A stretch of 55,009 bases of DNA, from NCBI GenBank assembly GCA_945875805.1, contig CAMCLY010000003.1:1-55009 (forward strand). The letters run 5' to 3'. Positions 28,964-38,702 of this stretch are shown here, in pieces. Position 1 is the stretch's first letter; the number at the start of each line of letters is the position of its first letter. The stretch comes from an uncultured Myxococcales bacterium (GTDB taxonomy: Bacteria; Myxococcota_A; Bradymonadia; UBA4248). The position numbers and the translations under genes were made by a program. The notes under the pieces are model-generated. The model made no database searches and was not told the origin of the DNA. It saw only the letters and a list, made by a program, of their open reading frames with translations.

Positions 28964-30646
28964 ATGGCGGCGATGAATTCAAATTCGGACAAACCAGAAG
29001 CTTCCAGCGCAAGCAGCGCTATCGCAAAATCGGGGATGATTTCCGACCCATCACTGGAAACACATCTGCCGTCGGGGTCAATCAGCCAGCCCAACATCAT
29101 TTCGGGCTCTTATCCGACGACGTCCGGGGCGTTTATGAACCTTTCGGCCATGCTGAACGGGCCGGGGGGCGAGGATACGGGGCTTGCGCAGGAATTTAGC
29201 GGACTGCTGGAACGCGAACTCGCCGAGGGATACCGGGTGGGCGACCAAATCGGGCACGGCGGATGCGCCATCGTCTACGAAGCATGGCGAAAAACCGACG
29301 ATTTGCACGTCGTCATCAAAGTCCTCCACTCCTCGGTGCCCATGACCGTCGAGGATTTGAGAATTGCCATCAAGCGGTTCATCCGCGAGGCCGAACTCAT
29401 CTCGTCCCTCACCGAGGATCACATCGTCCAGTGCGTCGAATACGGCTGTTTTTATGGCACGCCGTGCATGGTGCTCGAATTCGTCGAAGGGCTTCCCCTC
29501 GACAAGCTCCTCGCCGAATACGGCGCACTCTCACTGAGCCACGCCACCGGCATCATCGAGCAGCTCCTGTCGGCACTCGCCGAAACCCATGACAAGGGCA
29601 TCATTCATCGCGACATCAAGCCTTCCAACATCATGGTGTTTGACTCGCCGCCGCCCTTTGAGATTCGGGTGCTCGATTTCGGCATCTCGACGGTCCTCGA
29701 CAACCTCAAGAGCCAGACGCTCATGACACAGCAGGGCAACGTGCGCGGCACGCCGTCCTACATGGCGCCGGAACTCTTTACCGGCGAAACGCGCGCCAGT
29801 GCCGAATCGGATCTGTTCGCCGTCGGGCTCGTCTATCTCGAGTGCCTCACGGGAAAACCCGCCGTGATGGACGACAACTTCATGCGGATTGCCTACAAAC
29901 AGGTCAATGAACCGCTCGAGATTCCAGGGTTTATCCCGCAGTGCATCGCCGACATCATCCTCAAGCTGTGCGCCAAAGCCGTCAACGATCGCTATCACAC
30001 GGCACGCGACGTCCTCGACGACATCCATGCCAACCTCGATCAGGCCATCAAAGAAGAGGACAAGTGCGCCAAGGCGTGGCTCAAAAATCAGAACACGATC
30101 GTCAAGTCGACGGGAGTGCCCGTGCCGTCCAAAGGCCGTATCCAATCGACGCTCATCAAAATCCTCATTGTGACGATCGTCCTGGCCGTGTTGTTTTTGG
30201 CCGCCGTCATCGCGTTTTTAATCGCCAGACCCGGCGCCCCCGCGCCCGTGATGCCGCCCGCACCTATCGCCCCCGCGCCCGTGATGCCGCCCGCACCCAT
30301 CGCCCCCGCGCCCGTGATGCCGCCCGCACCTATCGCCCCCGCGCCCGTGATGCCGCCCGCACCTATCGCCCCCGCGCCGGCCGAAACGGACGTCCAGACC
30401 GAACCCGCCAAACCGGCCGAAACCGCGCCGGCCGAAACGGACGTCCAGACCGAACCCGACAAACCGGCCGAAAACGCACCGGCCGAAACGGACGTCCAGC
30501 CCGAAACCGACAAACCGGCCGAACCGGTCAAAAAAACCGTCCCTGCGAAATCGTCGTCCAAAAACAAGAAATCGTCCAAGAAGAAATCCAAATCCGACGA
30601 AAAACCCAAGGACTACATTCCCGAAGGGCTGTTTGCGACGCCCTGA
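28964..30646 (+). CDS. Hanks-type Ser/Thr protein kinase with TM helix and Pro-rich extracytoplasmic tail
   Basis: IGHGGCAIV, VVIK, HRDIKPSN, DFG, GTPSYMAPE; TM ILIVTIVLAVLFLAAVIAFLI. Confidence 0.93.
   Translation: MAAMNSNSDKPEASSASSAIAKSGMISDPSLETHLPSGSISQPNIISGSYPTTSGAFMNLSAMLNGPGGEDTGLAQEFSGLLERELAEGYRVGDQIGHGGCAIVYEAWRKTDDLHVVIKVLHSSVPMTVEDLRIAIKRFIREAELISSLTEDHIVQCVEYGCFYGTPCMVLEFVEGLPLDKLLAEYGALSLSHATGIIEQLLSALAETHDKGIIHRDIKPSNIMVFDSPPPFEIRVLDFGISTVLDNLKSQTLMTQQGNVRGTPSYMAPELFTGETRASAESDLFAVGLVYLECLTGKPAVMDDNFMRIAYKQVNEPLEIPGFIPQCIADIILKLCAKAVNDRYHTARDVLDDIHANLDQAIKEEDKCAKAWLKNQNTIVKSTGVPVPSKGRIQSTLIKILIVTIVLAVLFLAAVIAFLIARPGAPAPVMPPAPIAPAPVMPPAPIAPAPVMPPAPIAPAPVMPPAPIAPAPAETDVQTEPAKPAETAPAETDVQTEPDKPAENAPAETDVQPETDKPAEPVKKTVPAKSSSKNKKSSKKKSKSDEKPKDYIPEGLFATP
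30234..30525 (+). repeat. Intragenic tandem repeats: 33 bp x4 (APAPVMPPAPI) and 51 bp x3 (PAETDVQTEP.KPAE)
   Basis: Directly visible in both DNA and translation. Confidence 0.9.
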
Positions 30647-30649
30647 GTT

Positions 30650-31075
30650 CTATTGCTGTTCCTGTTCGACGATGAACCATGCCTTGGCCTCGCGGTCATA
30701 CTGCCACGTCGAAAGGACGCGCCCGGTCGAAACCACCGGCGAGGCCCCGGAATACCACTGCATCTGAGAAAGAATTTGTGCGCAATCCGGCGTCGTTTTT
30801 TCCTTGTCCCCCGTCTCGGAGGTCTCTGGGCACGCCTCGGTCGCGACGATGTCAATTTCGGCAAATCTCAGATGCTGCGACTGTATGGCCTGAAGCCATT
30901 CCATGCGCTGTGACGGCGTAATCCGCTTGGCCGCGACATCATAGCGTTCAAACAGCAAGTCCCGATGATAGGCCTCGACATCCTTGACGAGGGACGCCAA
31001 ATCCGCCTTGGCCGTCTGGCACCCGGTCAGCCCGAGCATCGCCCCCGTCACCCAAAGAATGCGCATTGCGAACAT
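30650..31075 (-). CDS. Hypothetical lipoprotein, 141 aa
   Basis: GAGGT RBS; lipobox GLTGC; convergent with the kinase gene. Confidence 0.75.
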   Translation of the reverse strand: MFAMRILWVTGAMLGLTGCQTAKADLASLVKDVEAYHRDLLFERYDVAAKRITPSQRMEWLQAIQSQHLRFAEIDIVATEACPETSETGDKEKTTPDCAQILSQMQWYSGASPVVSTGRVLSTWQYDREAKAWFIVEQEQQ

Positions 31076-31097
31076 AAAAATACCTCTCTGTTGCCAT

Positions 31098-31128
31098 CAA
31101 AAAAAGGGCCGGGAATTGCCCAGCCCTT
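31098..31128 (-). terminator. Possible intrinsic terminator
   Basis: AAAAAAAAGGGCCGGG-AATTG-CCCAGCCCTT; U-tract on the minus strand. Confidence 0.5.
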
Positions 31129-31150
31129 GACGTGTGATCAAAATGTGTTC

Positions 31151-31212
31151 GGGGTGGGGGGCAAGCCCCCCTGCGCCGCTATTGGCCTTGGGCCAATACG
31201 CGTCTACCCCCC
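31151..31212 (+). repeat. Intergenic element family B copy
   Basis: GGGGTGGGGGGCAAGCCCCCC, then CG-CTATTGGCC-TTG-GGCCAATACG-CG, then CTACCCCCC. Confidence 0.75.
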
Positions 31213-31279
31213 GTGCGGGGACACCCCGCAACGCCCCGACCGGGGACACTTCACGGTGTACCCGCGTCGCGTACAAAAT

Positions 31280-31954
31280 CTAGAACCAGAACGTGAATCC
31301 GGCCATGCCGAGTACGTCGACGTTTTTGAAAAAATCGACCTGAACGCCCTTGGCCTTGGTGTTGGTAAACGCCGTGCCCGTGCTGTCGGACAGGCCCGGG
31401 TTCATTTTGGTGCCGTCGCGCGTGATGATGTTGATGCCGATGCCGACCTGGGTGTGAAGCGAAAAATGTTCGGTCACAAACCATTCGGGGCGGAGTCCGA
31501 GGTCGATGGAGAAGTTATAGCCGTCATTGTATTTCTGGTATTCCTCTTTGGACGCCTTGAATCCGTCCGACGCACGTCCCGACGCCGTAAACCCTACGAC
31601 GCCCTCCAGATTGACGTCCGCCGACATGACGATGGGGATGAGACCTCGGATGGAGACGTTCCAATCGGTGATGTTCGCCTCGACCGTTTTGGACGAATCG
31701 TTGGGATTCTCGACGTCGGCATGATACGTCGCCACGCCAAAGATGAGTTGCATGGAAAAATATTTGTTGATCGAATAAACGATCGACACGCCATGGCCGT
31801 CATCGGCATACTGACTGATGGGGGAATCGACGCCCACGCCAAAACGGCGGGACATATCCTTGGCCGAAGCATCGGGAACAAAAAACGCCAGCAAAAGCCC
31901 GACAGTCATCAGGAAACGGCCAACCGCACTCAGTGAAACCCAATTTTTCATCAT
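31280..31954 (-). CDS. Outer-membrane beta-barrel protein
   Basis: Signal peptide ending ASA, amphipathic beta strands, C-terminal AGFTFWF. Confidence 0.8.
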   Translation of the reverse strand: MMKNWVSLSAVGRFLMTVGLLLAFFVPDASAKDMSRRFGVGVDSPISQYADDGHGVSIVYSINKYFSMQLIFGVATYHADVENPNDSSKTVEANITDWNVSIRGLIPIVMSADVNLEGVVGFTASGRASDGFKASKEEYQKYNDGYNFSIDLGLRPEWFVTEHFSLHTQVGIGINIITRDGTKMNPGLSDSTGTAFTNTKAKGVQVDFFKNVDVLGMAGFTFWF

Positions 31955-32018
31955 CACGAAAACTCCGATTTTTTGCGCCCAACCGGCGCGTCGTAAAAAA
32001 AGCAAACGCAGGATAATA

Positions 32019-33005
32019 ATGGAAAACATACAAACAAGCCATACTTTTTGCCCGTCCCCCCCCGAGGATGGCGAGCTTCCGCGCGTCATTCAGATCGTGG
32101 GCCCGACCGCGAGCGGCAAGACGGCCTTTTCGGTCGATCTGGCCGAAGCCCTTGGTGCCGAGCTCATCAACGTCGATTCGATGCAGGTCTACCGCCCGCT
32201 GGCCGTGGGCACTGACAAACCCGATGCCGCGCAATGCGCGCGCGTTCCCATTCACGGCATTGATCTCATCGATTTTGGCCCGCCCATGGATGCCTCCGAA
32301 TTTGCGGGCTACGCGCACAGGGTCATCCGTGAGATCTCGGCGCGTCATCGCGACTGCGTCCTGTCTGGGGGGACAGGGCTTTACCATCGCGCCATCGTTT
32401 ACGGCCTTCTGGATGCACCGTCGCGCGACGACGCCATCCGCGCGCGCCTGCGCGCCGAACGCGACGAACTCGGCATGGAGGCCATGTTTGCCCGCCTCCA
32501 GTCCGTCGATCCTGGCTCGGCCGCCAAAATTTACCCCACCGACTGGGTGCGCATCGAACGCGCCCTTGAGGTCCACGAACTCACCGGCGGCCGGCTCAGC
32601 GAGTTTCAGGCGCAACATGGGTTCAAATCGAAACGCGTCGAACGGCTGGCGCTGGGATGCGCGCGGCCGCGTGCCATCTTGTACGAAAAAATCGACCGAC
32701 GTCTCGACGAAATGTGGCGTCATGGGATCCTCGACGAAACGCGCGCCATGATCGAGGCCGGACTGCCGCCGGACTGCCTCCCCATGAAAGCCCTCGGTTA
32801 CCGACAGGCCTACATGGCGCTCACCCACCAATGCTCGTTTGACGACGCGCTCGAACTCGCCAAGCGCGAAACGCGGCGTTTTGCCAAACGCCAGCTCACC
32901 TGGTTTCGCGCTGACCGAGACATCGAGTGGATCGACATGCCCGTGGCGGACTTTCCCGCCCTCGTCAGACGGTGCCGCGCCTTCCTCAAAGGGGAATCTC
33001 AATAA
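32019..33005 (+). CDS. miaA: tRNA dimethylallyltransferase
   Basis: GPTASGKT, INVDSMQVYR...GTDKP, GGTGLY, RIERALEV, ALGY, TRRFAKRQLTWFR. Confidence 0.95.
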   Translation: MENIQTSHTFCPSPPEDGELPRVIQIVGPTASGKTAFSVDLAEALGAELINVDSMQVYRPLAVGTDKPDAAQCARVPIHGIDLIDFGPPMDASEFAGYAHRVIREISARHRDCVLSGGTGLYHRAIVYGLLDAPSRDDAIRARLRAERDELGMEAMFARLQSVDPGSAAKIYPTDWVRIERALEVHELTGGRLSEFQAQHGFKSKRVERLALGCARPRAILYEKIDRRLDEMWRHGILDETRAMIEAGLPPDCLPMKALGYRQAYMALTHQCSFDDALELAKRETRRFAKRQLTWFRADRDIEWIDMPVADFPALVRRCRAFLKGESQ

Positions 33006-33372
33006 ACCGCGCGTCTTCAAAAAAAGAGACCGTCCCCGATTCCACCCAGGCATGCATGAGACATGCGCCGCCATCGGGGCGACGCCCCAGACAGACGCGG
33101 CTCTTCTGACCATGGAACGCCAGCCAGAGTTCGAGCGCACACGATTTTTCGAGACACGCGATCCCCGGGCACGTCCGGTATCTCAGGTGACGGTAAAACC
33201 AGCCCAGAGACTGCGGCGTGACGGGCGTCCGGCTGGGCGGGACGACGCGCCGCACAGCCTCGGACGCACGGCGCGCAACCTGGATCGTTTTGTACGGCCC
33301 GAGCACCACGCGATGAAGTACCGAAAACACGACCAACGGCACCGGAAGAAGACACAGGGACGGATAGACCAT
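32986..33372 (-). CDS. Lasso-peptide B2-like transglutaminase-fold cysteine protease, 128 aa (orphan)
   Basis: CLEKSCAL...L...G...V.LG...HAWVE matches the Cys/His signature of Transglut_core3 proteins. Confidence 0.72.
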   Translation of the reverse strand: MVYPSLCLLPVPLVVFSVLHRVVLGPYKTIQVARRASEAVRRVVPPSRTPVTPQSLGWFYRHLRYRTCPGIACLEKSCALELWLAFHGQKSRVCLGRRPDGGACLMHAWVESGTVSFFEDARFIEIPL

Positions 33373-33373
33373 C

Positions 33374-34228
33374 TCAATACCCCGTCACCGAAAAATGCAT
33401 GACATCCTTGGTCTGGCCCGAAATCTCGCCGCCCCATTTCCAAAATCGCGTCATTGCACGGTAAACGACGCCATCCTTCACGATCGACGTGCGCGGGTAT
33501 TTTTGCGGATTCCAGTCCCCCCCGATGCCACGACGGCACCCGGAGACCTCCGCCGCCTGGGACGTCAGCGCCCCGGGACAGTTGGAATAGATGGCGTTGC
33601 GATGCGCATTGATGTCGAGCGCCGTCCCGAAGCTGTGCTGGCTCCACTGGGTGCGAAGCCCGTTTTTGTCGATTTTGCCGCGCGTGCGCCCGGGACGGTA
33701 TCCCTCGAGTTTTTCGATATCAAAATCGCCGCTCGCGGCGATGTCGGACAATGCCTGACGAACCTGGGGGGCAAACACATGGCACACGCGAATGTCGGCA
33801 TGGTTTATCCCCAGTTCGCGCGGTGCGATGACGACCTGATCCTCCTGACAAATCGTGCATTCGGGCGCATTCGGATCGCGTTCATCGTCGGTCACCTCGC
33901 CATAAGGCTTGTGCACGCGAAACCCGTCGACCGCGCGCCCCTTGCGCGTGTCCCACGCATAGGCCGAATACGTACACGTCTCCGGTACCTTGCGGACAGA
34001 GGGCGTTTCCGGGGATTTTTTTTCGGGTTCCTTCGCTTTTTCGACCTTCGCTTCGGGCGCCTCCTCGACGGGAAAATGAAACTCGACGGGGGCAATATGT
34101 TCCAGGTCGGTCTTACATTTTTCATCCGGCTGCGGCGATTCCCCGGCAGACGAACACGGCGTCTGAGCCGAAGCCATCCAGGGCCACATCGCACATAGCA
34201 CCGTGACAAAATAGAATACGCGTTTCAC
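33374..34228 (-). CDS. Secreted M15-family metallopeptidase (peptidoglycan peptidase)
   Basis: Signal peptide (ASA); SQHSFGTALDIN and WKWGG...KDVMHFS zinc motifs. Confidence 0.85.
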   Translation of the reverse strand: MKRVFYFVTVLCAMWPWMASAQTPCSSAGESPQPDEKCKTDLEHIAPVEFHFPVEEAPEAKVEKAKEPEKKSPETPSVRKVPETCTYSAYAWDTRKGRAVDGFRVHKPYGEVTDDERDPNAPECTICQEDQVVIAPRELGINHADIRVCHVFAPQVRQALSDIAASGDFDIEKLEGYRPGRTRGKIDKNGLRTQWSQHSFGTALDINAHRNAIYSNCPGALTSQAAEVSGCRRGIGGDWNPQKYPRTSIVKDGVVYRAMTRFWKWGGEISGQTKDVMHFSVTGY

Positions 34229-34237
34229 GACTTCACC

Positions 34238-35446
34238 TCACTTACGGGAGTTGTCCGTTTCGGCGGGCGGCATGCGCGAATCGACCGAAAACGGGATGTG
34301 CTCGGGGGACTCGATGCGCGCACGCCGCGTGATGCTCCTGACGTTGCGTCCCTCGGGATGACGCAGCCATGCGCAAAACACCTCCGCCGGCTGCACGCTG
34401 TACCGATAATCGTTGTTGGATGGATATGACGCGCTCGTGCGCATGATGAGGCCTTTTTCGTCATAGGGAAGCCCCGTCATGTTCTGTTTGAACTTCTCGG
34501 TGTACCCCCAATACTGCTCGGCATTGGAGAGATAGAGCGTCGTCACACGCGCGTCGAGCGCACGCAGGGCGTCCGCCATCGACTTGAACGCCGTATCCCC
34601 AAGGAGATTGGCCTGATACGTGCGCATCCGCCCCGACGCAATGAGCGTCTTGATAAACCGGTAGGTCTCGGGATCATTCATCATGGTGGGTTTGTCCATG
34701 CGTTTGAGCATCCCAAGCGCAAGCACCATGCGGTGCCGGGCATCGCGATACGTCTCCCAAGTCTGATCGTCGTCGAGACCAGCCGCACGCCCCGCGTCAC
34801 TCCTGAACAGCGCCCGCATGGCCTCGCGATCGCCCACGTTTTTGAGCACACAGGACGCGTCCTCGCACTGCGAAATGAGAAACATGTAGATCCGGTGCAC
34901 GACGACGATGACAGGGTCATAGTCGATCAAAAACGCCAGCGTCGGTTTTTGCCATCCCGCATAGACATACCCCTGATCGGTCCCCACTCCGATGTATGTG
35001 CCCCCGAGATTGGCAATCGTGTCATAAAACATCTCGGGATGTTTTTCGTCACTTCGATAGAAGTGCTGGCCTTCATTTTCGGGCCGCACCGCGTTCAAGA
35101 CTTCGGGGGGCAAATCCGATTCGATGTCGTCAAGAATTTTTTGCTGTCGCGACGACAACGCGTCCCACGAACGAATATCAGGTTCCTGGATCGCCACTTC
35201 CGGTGCGGGTGCCACTTCCGGCGCAGGTGCCACTTCCGGCGCGGGTGCCACTTCCGGCGCAGGGGCCACTTCTGGCGCGGGTGCCACTTCCGGCGCAGGG
35301 GCCACTTCCGGCGCGGGTGCCACTTCCGGCGCGGGTGCCACTTCCGGCGCGGGCGCGGCTTCCTGTGTCCGACCGCACGCGCCCATGTTGATGCCCATTA
35401 TCCACGCCAAGATCCCACATACCATCCCAGACTTACGCCACCCCAT
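34238..35446 (-). CDS. Lipoprotein with (APAPEV)9 linker and uncharacterised Rossmann-like domain
   Basis: Lipobox MGAC; YIGVGTDQ...IDYDP and LYLSNAEQY suggest a methyltransferase-like fold (tentative). Confidence 0.75.
   Translation of the reverse strand: MGWRKSGMVCGILAWIMGINMGACGRTQEAAPAPEVAPAPEVAPAPEVAPAPEVAPAPEVAPAPEVAPAPEVAPAPEVAPAPEVAIQEPDIRSWDALSSRQQKILDDIESDLPPEVLNAVRPENEGQHFYRSDEKHPEMFYDTIANLGGTYIGVGTDQGYVYAGWQKPTLAFLIDYDPVIVVVHRIYMFLISQCEDASCVLKNVGDREAMRALFRSDAGRAAGLDDDQTWETYRDARHRMVLALGMLKRMDKPTMMNDPETYRFIKTLIASGRMRTYQANLLGDTAFKSMADALRALDARVTTLYLSNAEQYWGYTEKFKQNMTGLPYDEKGLIMRTSASYPSNNDYRYSVQPAEVFCAWLRHPEGRNVRSITRRARIESPEHIPFSVDSRMPPAETDNSRK
35194..35356 (-). repeat. Intragenic 18-bp tandem repeat x9 (APAPEV)
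   Basis: GCCACTTCCGGCGCGGGT units. Confidence 0.92.
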
Positions 35447-35664
35447 CCGTACGTACCTCCCTCTTCTGCATATTTGGACAAACGATCGGCAACCATTGAT
35501 AAAAAAAGCCACAAACTTCAGATGCACCGGCACACAATTGGGCCCATGTTCCAAACCAAGCCCTAGTAAAACCGCCGTTCACACCCACATGTATCGGAAT
35601 CTGTCTATCACATAACACGGCATGAAACAAAACACCAGGTTATGACCATATCCCGACACTAAAA

Positions 35665-35739
35665 AAGCCGCGTATCGCCCGTGAGGGCGATAGCGGCTTG
35701 AAGCGGCCGTATGGGGGCGTTCCGCGCCCCATAGGCCGC
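35665..35739 (+). repeat. Doublet of bulged CGTAT/ATAG hairpins
   Basis: AAGCCG-CGTATCGCCC-GTGA-GGGCGATAG-CGGCTT and GCGGC-CGTATGGGG...CCCCATAG-GCCGC. Confidence 0.85.
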
Positions 35740-35757
35740 GCCCAAAATCCAGCGACA

Positions 35758-37242
35758 CTAGGTCTTGGGCAGAAGTTCGTTGAACTCGTTGGTCATGTTT
35801 TCAAAATACGTGAGGTTGTCGGGATGGAAGCAAGCCTTGACCTTGGGAAGATCGGCCGAAGTCTGGCCCTCGCCGGGGATGCCGTTGGGGATTTCGATGC
35901 ACTTGTAACCGTCGGCCGTGCGGCAGTCGGCATCGGTCGAGCAGGCGCGCAGGCACATGTCAAACCCGACGTTGAACGTGCCGAGCATGTCGACGGCTTT
36001 GTTGGGGATGTCGTAGCGCAGGAAGGTGCCGCCGGTGGGGCAAGTGGTGTCGGCTTTGACCTGGCTGTGATCGCCCGTGTTGATTTTGCTGACCAGACCG
36101 CCTTCGGCGAAGGCATTCTTGATGATGGCGCCCGCCATGTCTGCATCCGTGAACGTACCGTTGATGTCGATCGTCGCGGCGAGGCAGTAGCCGTTGGTCG
36201 AAGTGAATTTGATGCCGCCTTTGAGGAGATCGGAGATTTTGTTGAGGAATTTTTCCAAATCGAGGCCCGGCGCAAACATGTTGATGGCGACCTTGACGAG
36301 GGGGAGCGCGCTATTGATGCCATTGCCTTTGAGGAAGCCGTCATAAAGGGCTTCGGGGAAGACGATGGTGGAATCGCGGAAACAACCGACGGTCATGCCG
36401 GCGGGCGCTTCGAGGCCTTCGCACCCCTTGATGGACTTGGAGAAGATGTTGGGGGCCGTGATGGTGGCGTCGTCAGGGATGGCGTTGAAATCGTCGATGA
36501 TCGGGTCGATGATTCCGTTGATCATGGTACTCATGGCCGGAACAAGTTCCCCCACAATAGTCTTGACGGAATCGAGCGTCACCGCCCCTTTGAGTTCCTT
36601 GCCGGTGATGGTGATTTCACAGTCGGCGCCTTCGCACGAACACGGACGGCCCAGGATGATATTTTCCTCGGCGGGCTTGTCCTGGCAGACGTGGTTGACG
36701 AGGATCTGGTTGTCCGAGCACGTGGGGTCGGGGGTGCAGGAACCTTCTTTACAATAGGAGTCGGCGGCGCAGGTCTTCGTCGCGATTTTGCCGCTTTCGC
36801 ACACGGTGTAGGCGCGTTCGTTTTCCGAGGAACACGCAGGCTTGTAGTCGCCGTCGACGCATTCGGGGACGTCGTCGACGCATTTTTTCTGTTTGCTGTC
36901 GCAAATCTGGTTGGCACCGCACTTGGTGATGTCCACTTTGCCCGTCTGCAGGTTGCACGTTTTGAGCTCGGTGTCGCTCTGGCAACCGTTGTCGGCGGTG
37001 GTGCACGTCGTGGTGTCGCCCTTGACGATACAGGCTTTGGTGGCCGAATCGCATGTCAGATTGGCATCGGCGCAATTGGTCTCCTGAGCCTTACCGTCGA
37101 CGCAGGTGATGAGCGTATCGCCTTTACATCCTGGCGTACACGTCGTCTCGCCGCTGTCCGCCGCATCGTCGTCGCACGCCACAAACGCCATCGAAAGTGC
37201 AGAAATGGCCGAAAGAGCCAAAAGTTTTCTCGAAAAAATCAT
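35758..37242 (-). CDS. Cysteine-rich lipoprotein, 494 aa
   Basis: GGAGGT RBS; lipobox FVAC; Cys-rich repeats followed by a domain shared with the adjacent gene. Confidence 0.85.
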   Translation of the reverse strand: MIFSRKLLALSAISALSMAFVACDDDAADSGETTCTPGCKGDTLITCVDGKAQETNCADANLTCDSATKACIVKGDTTTCTTADNGCQSDTELKTCNLQTGKVDITKCGANQICDSKQKKCVDDVPECVDGDYKPACSSENERAYTVCESGKIATKTCAADSYCKEGSCTPDPTCSDNQILVNHVCQDKPAEENIILGRPCSCEGADCEITITGKELKGAVTLDSVKTIVGELVPAMSTMINGIIDPIIDDFNAIPDDATITAPNIFSKSIKGCEGLEAPAGMTVGCFRDSTIVFPEALYDGFLKGNGINSALPLVKVAINMFAPGLDLEKFLNKISDLLKGGIKFTSTNGYCLAATIDINGTFTDADMAGAIIKNAFAEGGLVSKINTGDHSQVKADTTCPTGGTFLRYDIPNKAVDMLGTFNVGFDMCLRACSTDADCRTADGYKCIEIPNGIPGEGQTSADLPKVKACFHPDNLTYFENMTNEFNELLPKT

Positions 37243-37355
37243 TTAAACCTCCAAAAAATTCACACAAACGGAGCCACATCCGGCGCCGTCCGACAAACAT
37301 ACAAAGCAAACGGCCACAAACGTGTCCGTTTCACATCCGGCGTCTAAAACGGCGT

Positions 37356-37970
37356 CTAAAACGGCGTCGCCGTATAATCCTTCATAAATTTGAAGTTTTC
37401 TTCATTATAGCAGAATCGCGCGTTTCCTTTTGTGATGCACGTCATCTCGCCGTCGCCGTTGCAGTCGGAATCTGAAGTGCATGAACGGGCGCACGTCTTG
37501 TTCAGGACGACAGCCTGTTGTCCGACGATTTCATAATCAAACGTCGATTCGAGCAGGGTGGATCCCTTTGGACATGCGGTGAGGGCGTCGGCGTCTCCAT
37601 AGGTCGCCATCTGGGCAAACCTCTCGTTTTCCATCTGCGTCTTGACGGCGGAATAGGTGCAGTATCCCTTGGGTGCCCAGACGGGAGGGGCCATGATCGC
37701 CGCATCCCCGGCGATCGTGCGCAGACACGCAACGACGCCCCCAGTCATGCCCGTCGTGTCGACGTTTTCACAGCCGACAATCTGACCACTGACTGTACTG
37801 TCATTTACGGGAACCGGAAGGGGAATCCCCATCACAGCGCATCCATCCCCCTCGCACGTACACGGAGCCCCGAGACCATGATCGTTGGTATATCCGTCGT
37901 CCGAACATCCCACCGCACAGATGCCCAGAGACAACCCGAGCATCGCCCATACAAAACCGTTCAAGCGCAT
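37356..37970 (-). CDS. Cysteine-rich lipoprotein, paralogous to the C-terminal domain of 35758-37242
   Basis: Lipobox AVGC; LGAPCTCEGDGC versus LGRPCSCEGADC; CARSCTSDSDC versus CLRACSTDADC. Confidence 0.82.
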   Translation of the reverse strand: MRLNGFVWAMLGLSLGICAVGCSDDGYTNDHGLGAPCTCEGDGCAVMGIPLPVPVNDSTVSGQIVGCENVDTTGMTGGVVACLRTIAGDAAIMAPPVWAPKGYCTYSAVKTQMENERFAQMATYGDADALTACPKGSTLLESTFDYEIVGQQAVVLNKTCARSCTSDSDCNGDGEMTCITKGNARFCYNEENFKFMKDYTATPF

Positions 37971-38162
37971 ATCCAAACCTCTGCGTTCGCGCATATTCGC
38001 GCGTTTTTATTTATCACACGTCATGTCCAGGGCTTCGTCCGTCCATTTTTTCTGCCAGACGCACAACGAAAACCAAAAACTCGTCGTTCAACGCCTTCCA
38101 CGTCGTTTTCTTCAAAATCGGCATGCAACTTTTTAACGTTTTTTGTTTTGCGGATGGCCTGT

Positions 38163-38702
38163 TTAAAACTCGCCAGAAATCCAGCTCACCGTGAGTCCGG
38201 CGAGCATCATGTCATGGTCTGTAAACACCAGGCGGTAACAAAAAAACACGCCGATTCCGACGTGGCGAATCCCGCGGTACTGCACCTGGATGTCAAAATC
38301 GATCCCCATCCCGTGCCCCCCGCGATGCCACGAGAACCGATCGTCTTCCGAAAAAATCGACGAAATGTGCACCCCCGCCCTTGGCACCCATTGCAGGATG
38401 TCGAGCGCATACATCACGCCCGCGCGCACACTGTAGATGCCGAGCGCATGACCTCCGTCGTCGCCATGATGCGCCCCATACGCGCCCGCGCCCACCCCGA
38501 TGTCAAGCCCGTCGAGCACCGAATAACGCGCAAAAAGTTCCGCCCCGCCGCCATAAATGTCCCGCGACGGCATGATCACCGCCCCAGGCGACATGCCCAC
38601 TTCCCAATCCCCCTCAAGCGCCACGGCATCTTTTGCGCCAGTCCATGCTGAACACAAAACGAACATCAAAAAAATCACGATATTTGCAATGCTATTATTC
38701 AT
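38163..38702 (-). CDS. Small outer-membrane beta-barrel-like protein, about 179 aa
   Basis: Signal peptide, alternating beta strands, C-terminal Phe. Confidence 0.7.
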   Translation of the reverse strand: MNNSIANIVIFLMFVLCSAWTGAKDAVALEGDWEVGMSPGAVIMPSRDIYGGGAELFARYSVLDGLDIGVGAGAYGAHHGDDGGHALGIYSVRAGVMYALDILQWVPRAGVHISSIFSEDDRFSWHRGGHGMGIDFDIQVQYRGIRHVGIGVFFCYRLVFTDHDMMLAGLTVSWISGEF

